Below are positions 8,053-14,208 of a DNA stretch of 14,208 nt, in pieces. The translations under genes were made by a program, and so were the position numbers. The DNA lies in assembly GCA_041562555.1 (NCBI GenBank), contig JBFEXS010000056.1, positions 1-14,208 on the forward strand. Reading direction: 5' to 3'. Position 1 is the first letter of the stretch, and each line of letters begins with the position of its first letter. The stretch is from Sulfurimonadaceae bacterium (GTDB lineage Bacteria; Campylobacterota; Campylobacteria; Campylobacterales; Sulfurimonadaceae). The notes below the pieces were generated by a model. The model had not been told where the DNA came from. It saw only the letters and a program-made list of their open reading frames with translations, and did not search any database.

Positions 8053-10248
8053 TTATTCCTTCTCATTAAATGAAATGCTGACATTCATCGTCATGCCTTT
8101 AAGCGCTTGCTTGAAATTATCCTGCTTAAGTGTTGAAATCAACTCTTCCAATGCACGTATACTTGCATCATCCGAGGCATCTACCTGTATCTGTTTGGAA
8201 ACCTCTTCCTCATCTACAAAGTCATCGACTTCTTCAAGTTCAGGATGCTCAGACTCCATAAGATCATCCCCCTCACCCAAAGCCTCATGCAAGGCTTCTT
8301 CGTTCAAGGAAGCATACTCACTATGACCGACACTTAATTCCACCTCTTCGTCTTCTTCGATACTGGATTCAAGGGCATCGATCTCCTCTTGAATTTCCAA
8401 GTCCTCTTCATCCACGACTTGCTCTTCTTCAACTTCAGGTTTTGCCTCCGCTTCTCCCAGAGCGATCTTCAGATCATCTTCATCAATTGAACTTAACTCG
8501 GCATCCAAGCCCCCAAGCTCATCACCCAATTCAAGCTCACTTTGCAGATCTTCTTCATCCAGCTCATCAAGAGCCTCTTCTATCTCCTCACTCAGTGCAT
8601 CCAGGTCAAACTCTTCATCCAGACTCTCATCTGTATCCTCTAATGCCAATGCCTCATCCATATCTTCTGACACATCCTCAATGCTCTGTGTATCTGCTTC
8701 TACTGCTGGTTGTTCCTCTGATGCCTCTGCATCTATCTCATCTGATGGCACATCATCCTCTACTGACAGACTCTCCAACCCTTCATCTTCTACATCTGAT
8801 TCGCTCAAGGAATCATCCGTATCTATAAGTTCCTCCTCTGTTCCTTCATCAGCTTCGGCTTCGTCCAACAGTGCATCCAGACCTTCAAATCCGGACTCAT
8901 CATCTTCCGTATTATCGGTATCTATTTCTTCGAGCAGTGCATCCAAGTCCGACTCATCCAGATCACTATCATTATCATCCAAAAGTTCCTGAATATCCCC
9001 ATCATCTAAAGCTGTTTCATCTCCTGCAGCCTCCTCTTCTGATGAGACATCAAGATCATCCTCTTCACTGTTTTCTGCCAATAATGCTTCCAAGTCTGCA
9101 TCATCAAGCTCTTCTTCGATATCCTCAATCCCTTCTATCTCTTCATCTTCCAAATCAAGGTCATCATCTTCCATCTCAGTAACTGATTCGGAAGAGACAC
9201 CATCTTCTTCCAGCAAAGCATCCAGATCTGCATCGCTGAGATCATTCTCATCCTCGGATATTTCAGCAGGAATCTCCCCTGCCTTATCATCATCTTCCAC
9301 CAGAAGCTCATCCTCTAATGCCTCATCTATAAGAGACTCCAGACTCTCATCTTCAAGGGTCTCACCGATTCCCATTTCACTGAGAGCATCGTCTAAAGAG
9401 ACTGCCTCTTCATCCTCTTGTACCTCATCGAGAGCCTCACTCTCTTCTAGCTCATCCTCAAGTTCGTCTAAGACCTCATTGATCTCACTCAAGGTATCCT
9501 CATCCGCTAATGAAGGTGCATTCATCTCTTCTTCAGAAATCTCTGCTTCGCTCTCATCATCAAGCTCTTCTTCAGCCTCTTCCAAAAGCTCTTTGACTTC
9601 TTTCACCTCTTCTTCATCCAAGATACCTGCAAGCTCTTCATCCAGGTCTTCAATGTCCGTTTCTTCAACACTCTCATCAGGTTCTTCATCTAATGAAAGT
9701 GCATCTTCATCCACATCATTATCCGTACTTTCGACATCGCTCAGATCTTCGAGGTCAAAATCACCTTCCAGGTCTATCATTTCGCCCAGATCATCCAGAT
9801 CCTCAAGTTCATTCGTATCTTCTGTCTTGCCCTCATCAAATTCATCAATCTCTTCGGATATATCCAATTCATCCAATGATTCGATGAGTCCTTCCTCTTC
9901 AGGTAATGGTTCATCAGAAGTTGATGATGTTACCTTTGATGATATCTCGCCAAATATGTCCACCAAATCCGTTGGCAAAAAAGGCTTATTAAGTTCACGG
10001 GTGAATTCGGAAGGCGTCTCAGAACTGCGTGAACCGATAAAACAACTCTGTGTAAATGAAATCTTACTGTTAAGGGTCTCAAAGGTATGCTCGTCATAAC
10101 AGGTATCGTCTATGACAACAAGATCAAATGTTCCTTCTTCCACCTCTTCAACAGAAGCAGCCGTCGTCAATTCATCACCTGTCTTTTGTGCACTTAATGT
10201 AACCAATTTCCCAACAACAGGATTATCATTAATAAGAAGTACCTTCAT
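8053..10248 (-). CDS. chePep: Highly acidic polar chemotaxis scaffold, ChePep-like (N-terminal receiver-like domain, long acidic disordered region, short structured C-terminus)
   Basis: REC-like N-terminus (VLLIND, DLVVID47, K88PF). Residues 101-695 contain only 8 Lys and no Arg. Position directly upstream of gmk-tatA-argS matches my recollection of H. pylori HP0322 and C. jejuni Cj1178c. Confidence 0.85.
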   Translation of the reverse strand: MKVLLINDNPVVGKLVTLSAQKTGDELTTAASVEEVEEGTFDLVVIDDTCYDEHTFETLNSKISFTQSCFIGSRSSETPSEFTRELNKPFLPTDLVDIFGEISSKVTSSTSDEPLPEEEGLIESLDELDISEEIDEFDEGKTEDTNELEDLDDLGEMIDLEGDFDLEDLSDVESTDNDVDEDALSLDEEPDESVEETDIEDLDEELAGILDEEEVKEVKELLEEAEEELDDESEAEISEEEMNAPSLADEDTLSEINEVLDELEDELEESEALDEVQEDEEAVSLDDALSEMGIGETLEDESLESLIDEALEDELLVEDDDKAGEIPAEISEDENDLSDADLDALLEEDGVSSESVTEMEDDDLDLEDEEIEGIEDIEEELDDADLEALLAENSEEDDLDVSSEEEAAGDETALDDGDIQELLDDNDSDLDESDLDALLEEIDTDNTEDDESGFEGLDALLDEAEADEGTEEELIDTDDSLSESDVEDEGLESLSVEDDVPSDEIDAEASEEQPAVEADTQSIEDVSEDMDEALALEDTDESLDEEFDLDALSEEIEEALDELDEEDLQSELELGDELGGLDAELSSIDEDDLKIALGEAEAKPEVEEEQVVDEEDLEIQEEIDALESSIEEDEEVELSVGHSEYASLNEEALHEALGEGDDLMESEHPELEEVDDFVDEEEVSKQIQVDASDDASIRALEELISTLKQDNFKQALKGMTMNVSISFNEKE
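8866..9357 (-). repeat. Degenerate peptide repeats L-x4-[LI]-x2-L[LI] within the ChePep-like protein
   Basis: LEDESLESLI (aa298), LSDADLDALL (337), LDDADLEALL (381), LDDGDIQELL (414), LDESDLDALL (430), and a partial FEGLDALL (454). Confidence 0.75.
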
Positions 10249-10268
10249 TGCAAGAGCCTTTTTTAGTA

Positions 10269-10274
10269 TATAAT
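10269..10274 (+). promoter_or_regulatory. Candidate -10 (TATAAT) for the PLD-like gene
   Basis: Perfect hexamer about 57 nt upstream of TTG 10332. Confidence 0.4.
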
Positions 10275-10287
10275 TGTCAATAGATAT

Positions 10288-10293
10288 ATTCTA
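10288..10293 (-). promoter_or_regulatory. Candidate -10 (gcTAGAAT) for chePep-gmk
   Basis: TAGAAT on the - strand, preceded by a T-tract, about 40 nt upstream of the chePep ATG. AAGG RBS. Confidence 0.5.
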
Positions 10294-10331
10294 GCTAAAA
10301 AATCTCTAGATGTGGACAAAAAGGAATAAAC

Positions 10332-10802
10332 TTGCTTAGACTTTTTCTCTTTTTCCCTGTTTTAGTACTCGCACAAGAGCTATTTTTACTTCCCGATGAT
10401 GCTGAGATACTTATGAGCAGTTATCTTAAAAAAGTGCAACAGACCCGATCAAAGCTTTACCTCTACACCCCGTATCTGAATGATAGAGACTTAGTAAAAA
10501 GTATCAAGCAACTGGCAAAAAAGGAAGTTAAAACCATCATTATTTCCCAAAAGCCCTTAGCCCCTGACAATAAGATCACCCACTTGGCACTTTTTGAGAA
10601 CATTCATGTATATACGCTAAAGAATTCCAAAGAAAGAAATATGCAGGGCTCTTTTATCTGTATTGATGATCAAGAATATTTCCTGATCGATGACCAGCTT
10701 GATCAAAACAGACTAAAAGAAGGATACTCCATCTCACTTTTTCAAGTCGGTCCATGCAAAACGCTTTTCTCAACACTTCTGCGACGATCGGATGCCTATT
10801 AA
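10332..10802 (+). CDS. Secreted phospholipase D/Nuc-fold protein (NucT-like) with degenerate HKD motif
   Basis: TTG start with AAGGA RBS and a short signal peptide (VLA|QE). The pattern LFLLP, LYLYTPYL.D.DLVKSIK.LAKK.V...II, MQGSFICIDD..FL parallels Nuc/NucT, recognised by eye. Confidence 0.7.
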   Translation: MLRLFLFFPVLVLAQELFLLPDDAEILMSSYLKKVQQTRSKLYLYTPYLNDRDLVKSIKQLAKKEVKTIIISQKPLAPDNKITHLALFENIHVYTLKNSKERNMQGSFICIDDQEYFLIDDQLDQNRLKEGYSISLFQVGPCKTLFSTLLRRSDAY

Positions 10803-11563
10803 AAAAGTATCGGAAGTGCTTCAAAGGCTTTATACATCTCTTTGGAAAAGATATTCATAAATGTAGCAAGAGCAGCAATAATGACTACGAATGCCACCAT
10901 GATCTTAATTGGGAATCCAATAACAAGTAAGTTGAATTGAGGCATCGTCTTCATAAGCATCCCGAAGATAATGTCTGCCAACAATGAAAGTGCTATGATG
11001 GGAAAAGCCACAATGAAGCCAATCAAGAACATGTTGACTGTAGCTTTTAATATGTAGTTAAAAAGTTCTTCCTTGAGTAAAAAACCGCCCAAAGTGATCT
11101 CCTGCAGAGATTCGTTCACAAAAAGCAAGACGACATGATGCCCGTCCAACGCCAGATAGATCATCAATGCAAGCAATGCAAAGATGTTCGAGATAATGGG
11201 CATCGATATTCCTGTTTGAGGGTCAAGAACGGAAGACATGGAAAAACCCATGATAAAAGAGATCTGTATCCCGGCAAAGGTCATGATATTCATCACAAGC
11301 TGCAGCATCAATCCTACCGAAAACCCGAGTAAAAACTCACTTAAGACTGCCAACACGACATTCGTGGTATTGACCTCCATCTGTAATGGAGGCATAACAC
11401 CAAAAAACAAGACGGTAAAGACAAAAGCGATCGCCGTTTTAATGGTCGGAGGAATACTGGTATGCGAAAAAAGCGGTACCATGATAAAGAGTCCTGCAAA
11501 ACGAAAGAACAGAAGCATAAAACCAACAACATTCTGCGGGCTTAAAAACTCTATTACCTCCAT
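10799..11563 (-). CDS. fliR: Flagellar export gate protein FliR
   Basis: Highly hydrophobic 254 aa. RFAGL..VPLF, E..LGF..G, AG..I...MGFSM....DP, DGH, KTMPQFNLLVIGFPIK motifs. Confidence 0.96.
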   Translation of the reverse strand: MEVIEFLSPQNVVGFMLLFFRFAGLFIMVPLFSHTSIPPTIKTAIAFVFTVLFFGVMPPLQMEVNTTNVVLAVLSEFLLGFSVGLMLQLVMNIMTFAGIQISFIMGFSMSSVLDPQTGISMPIISNIFALLALMIYLALDGHHVVLLFVNESLQEITLGGFLLKEELFNYILKATVNMFLIGFIVAFPIIALSLLADIIFGMLMKTMPQFNLLVIGFPIKIMVAFVVIIAALATFMNIFSKEMYKAFEALPILF

Positions 11564-11569
11564 TAGGAC

Positions 11570-12214
11570 CTACTTGACTTTGTTAAGTTCCATGTCCGTT
11601 AATCTATAGACATGATCGCACTGCATCGCCAATGACTCTTCATGCGTAACCAATACCATTGCAGCATCTTCTTCCTTGATATACTGATGGAAAAGTCTCA
11701 TCACATCTATGGCAGTCTCGCTATCTAGATTACCCGTAGGTTCATCTGCAAAGATCAGTTTCGGTCGTTTCATCAATACGCGGGCGATAGAAACCCGTTG
11801 CTGTTGCCCACCTGAAAGTTCAGTCACTTTTTGATGAATGACCTCCTTGATGCCCAACTGCTCCAGATACTCTGTATTAATCTCGTTATTACTCAATTTT
11901 GCAGCTACTTCAAGATTCTCATAACCTGAAAAACCCTTAAACAGATAGTGTGACTGAAAGACCATACCGATCTCATCTCTTCGTAAATTGACAAGTTCTT
12001 GTTTGTTCAATCCATAAATATTCTTGCCAAAAAGCTCGACTTCTCCCTGTTTAGGCTGTAATAAAGAAGAGAGGATATGTAGAAGTGTCGATTTTCCACT
12101 TCCCGATGCACCTATGATTGCCATAGATTCATGGGCATCAAGACACAAGCTTATATTACTGAAAAGTGGATAATCAAAATCGTGTGCTAAATTGCTGGCA
12201 TGTAAAAGTTGCAT
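11570..12214 (-). CDS. lolD: Orphan ABC transporter ATP-binding protein, LolD-like
   Basis: Walker [11 protein letters not shown]-loop FQSHYL, signature LSGGQQQR, Walker [11 protein letters not shown]-loop VTH. No permease gene adjacent. The ABC call is firm; the lolD name rests on recalled similarity to H. pylori HP0179. Confidence 0.7.
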   Translation of the reverse strand: MQLLHASNLAHDFDYPLFSNISLCLDAHESMAIIGASGSGKSTLLHILSSLLQPKQGEVELFGKNIYGLNKQELVNLRRDEIGMVFQSHYLFKGFSGYENLEVAAKLSNNEINTEYLEQLGIKEVIHQKVTELSGGQQQRVSIARVLMKRPKLIFADEPTGNLDSETAIDVMRLFHQYIKEEDAAMVLVTHEESLAMQCDHVYRLTDMELNKVK

Positions 12215-12243
12215 GATCTATCTTGTAGAGTTTATTTTGAGTG

Positions 12244-12249
12244 ATTATA
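12244..12249 (-). promoter_or_regulatory. -10 (TATAAT) for the ABC ATPase-fliR unit
   Basis: Perfect hexamer on the - strand 30 nt upstream of ATG 12214, downstream of the tsf terminator. Confidence 0.55.
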
Positions 12250-12286
12250 TGGAGTTTATACTTATAAAAGTGTGAAAGGAATAGAG

Positions 12287-12316
12287 ATTGGCAAAGCGAT
12301 CGGTGCTTTAGCCAAT
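12287..12316 (-). terminator. Probable terminator of rpsB-tsf
   Basis: ATTGGC-T-AAAGC(ACCGATC)GCTTT-GCCAAT, an 11-bp stem with one bulge, 27 nt after the tsf stop and followed by pyrimidine-rich CTCTATTCCTTT. Confidence 0.65.
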
Positions 12317-12343
12317 ACACAAGAGGATGCGAACCTTAGAAGG

Positions 12344-13408
12344 TTACGCCATTTGCGCTGCAACTTCTGCCGCGAAATCCTCTTCTTTTTTCTCAATACC
12401 TTCACCTACTTCAAGACGAACGAAAGCAGAGATAGATGCTGTACCACCAGCTGCTTTACCGGCTGCTTCAACCGCTTCAGCCACTGTCATCTTGTCATCT
12501 AGAACATAGTTCTGATCAAGAAGTGCTTGCTCTTTATCAAGAGTAGTGTTATCTTGGATAAAACGTGCTACTTGACCAGGAACGATTTTATCCCAGATCT
12601 GTTCAGGTTTACCCTCTTCTTTTAGTTTTGCTTTGATATCCGCTTCTGCCTGTGCCATAACATCATCTGTTAATTGTGACATAGAGATATACTGAGGAAC
12701 GTTGATCAATGGTTTCTTCAAACGTGCACGCTCTTCATTCTCTTTTTTAATCGCTTCGATACGACCTTTTGTCTCTGCTTCAACATACTCAGCATCAAAA
12801 TCTTTATAAGAAAGAGTTGTCGGTTTCATCGCAGATGCGTGCATAGCAACCTGCTTCGCTACAGGGACCAGTGCCTCAGCAGTCTTAGCAGAGTCACACT
12901 CGATTGCAACGATAACACCGATACGTGTATTTGAGTGAACATAACCGTTAACCGCCACATTGTCACCACCGCTTAACGCAGCGATACGACGCACTTCGAT
13001 CTTCTCACCGATCTTCGCAACTGTCTCATCAAAGTATGCAGAGAAATCTTTACCTTCAAGCTGTGTTGAACGTAAAGCTTCAACATCATCACAATCTTGT
13101 TCAAATGCCTGGGAAACTGTTGTTGACACAAGGTCTTTAAAACCATCGTTTTGTGCTACGAAGTCAGTCTCAGAGTTAACCTCAACCAAAGTAGCTCTTT
13201 TGAAATCTGCAGAGATCTTAAGACCTACAGAACCTTCAGCCGCAACACGATCAGCTTTTTTAGCAGACTTTGCAACACCACGCTCACGTAGCCACTCAGT
13301 CGCTTTTTCCATATCACCGCCATTTTCAGTCAGTGCTTTCTTACAATCCATCATCGGAGCATCAGTTGCCTGACGAAGCTCCTTTACCATTGCTGCTGTA
13401 ACTGCCAT
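12344..13408 (-). CDS. tsf: Translation elongation factor Ts
   Basis: [49 protein letters not shown] motifs. Follows rpsB with a GAGGA RBS. Confidence 0.98.
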   Translation of the reverse strand: MAVTAAMVKELRQATDAPMMDCKKALTENGGDMEKATEWLRERGVAKSAKKADRVAAEGSVGLKISADFKRATLVEVNSETDFVAQNDGFKDLVSTTVSQAFEQDCDDVEALRSTQLEGKDFSAYFDETVAKIGEKIEVRRIAALSGGDNVAVNGYVHSNTRIGVIVAIECDSAKTAEALVPVAKQVAMHASAMKPTTLSYKDFDAEYVEAETKGRIEAIKKENEERARLKKPLINVPQYISMSQLTDDVMAQAEADIKAKLKEEGKPEQIWDKIVPGQVARFIQDNTTLDKEQALLDQNYVLDDKMTVAEAVEAAGKAAGGTASISAFVRLEVGEGIEKKEEDFAAEVAAQMA

Positions 13409-13410
13409 GA

Positions 13411-14199
13411 TTATGCTTCCTCTGTTGATTCTTCTTCTGCTGCTGCTTCAGCTTTAGCTTCTGCTACAACTTCTGCTACTTCTTCTTCAGAAGCAGGAGC
13501 CTCTTCTTCAACTTGTTCTTCGTTTTGTGCTTTACCTTCGATTACCGCTTCAGCCATCTCTTTACAGAACAGTTGAATTGAACGGATAGCGTCATCATTT
13601 CCTGGGATTGGGAAATCAATAAGATCCGGATCACAGTTAGTATCTAGAGGAGCAACAACTTTGATTCCAAGTTTGCGTGCTTCTTTAACTGCGATGTGTT
13701 CTTTAACCGGGTCAACTACGAACATCATGTCAGGTAGTTTTTTCATATGACGGATACCACCAAGGTATGCTTCAAGCTTCTCTTTCGCACGACCAAGCAT
13801 CAATGCTTCTTTTTTTGTAAGAAGTTCGATTTGTCCGTTTTCTTGCATCTCTTCGATGATTTCAAGTTTACGGATAGATTTTTGCATAGTTGGGAAGTTC
13901 GTCAACATACCACCTAACCAACGTGTATCAACATATGGCATACCACATTTTTCCGCTGCTTCGCGAATAGCAGTACGCGCTTGTTTCTTTGTACCAACGA
14001 AGATAATTGTTTTACCTTTTGCAGCTTCATCAGCAACAATCTGATACGTCGCACGGAAAAAACGCAATGTTTTTTGAAGGTCGATGATATAAATGTTTTT
14101 ACGTACACCAAAGATGTACTTTTTCATTTTCGGGTTCCAACGACGTGTTTGGTGACCAAAGTGTACACCACATTCTAATAGATCTTTCATGCTTACCAT
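13411..14199 (-). CDS. rpsB: 30S ribosomal protein S2
   Basis: [51 protein letters not shown] motifs; acidic C-terminal tail. Confidence 0.99.
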   Translation of the reverse strand: MVSMKDLLECGVHFGHQTRRWNPKMKKYIFGVRKNIYIIDLQKTLRFFRATYQIVADEAAKGKTIIFVGTKKQARTAIREAAEKCGMPYVDTRWLGGMLTNFPTMQKSIRKLEIIEEMQENGQIELLTKKEALMLGRAKEKLEAYLGGIRHMKKLPDMMFVVDPVKEHIAVKEARKLGIKVVAPLDTNCDPDLIDFPIPGNDDAIRSIQLFCKEMAEAVIEGKAQNEEQVEEEAPASEEEVAEVVAEAKAEAAAEEESTEEA

Positions 14200-14208
14200 G
14201 ATTATTCC

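Noticed and set aside
8075..10099. Ser-rich and His/Pro/Leu-rich + strand ORFs (e.g. 9479..10099, 8681..8992, 8442..8828)
   Set aside because: Antisense shadows of GAA/GAT/GAG-rich chePep codons, whose complement has few stop codons. No independent evidence of expression.
12272..12509. + strand ORFs 12272..12502 and 12327..12509
   Set aside because: Antisense to tsf, the first also running across its terminator hairpin. No recognisable features.
12344..13408. EF-Ts longer than the E. coli protein, with an internal insertion
   Set aside because: A long EF-Ts is a known trait of Campylobacterota and is not novel.
13414..13525. Glu/Ala-rich low-complexity C-terminal tail of S2
   Set aside because: Variable acidic tails are common in bacterial S2 proteins.

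Overview
Core-genome window from a flagellated Campylobacterota (Epsilonproteobacteria) organism, most likely a free-living Sulfurimonas/Sulfurovum-type lineage. The taxon is inferred from gene order and protein signatures, not from a search. Two conserved clusters meet tail-to-tail: (i) gap-pgk-tpiA-fabI (-) with divergent nadD-rsfS (+), and (ii) rpsB-tsf-lolD-like ABC ATPase-fliR, then chePep-gmk-tatA-argS (all -). A small lipoprotein gene lies at the left end. I see no mobile elements, CRISPR arrays, tRNA or rRNA genes, and no wholly new multi-gene system. The most interesting signals are inside two genes. First, a 731-aa ChePep-like polar chemotaxis scaffold has an acidic disordered region carrying 5-6 copies of an L-x4-[LI]-x2-LL motif resembling the CheY-P-binding peptides of FliM and CheZ. 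Second, the divergent neighbour looks like a secreted NucT/PLD-family nuclease whose catalytic HKD motif is substituted (candidate pseudo-nuclease). Minor observations include an NADP-type (GapB-like) GAPDH, face-to-face -10 boxes, phased T-tracts and a switch-like intergenic hairpin set. Comparisons with H. pylori, C. jejuni, E. coli and B. subtilis proteins and loci are from memory and should be confirmed by alignment.
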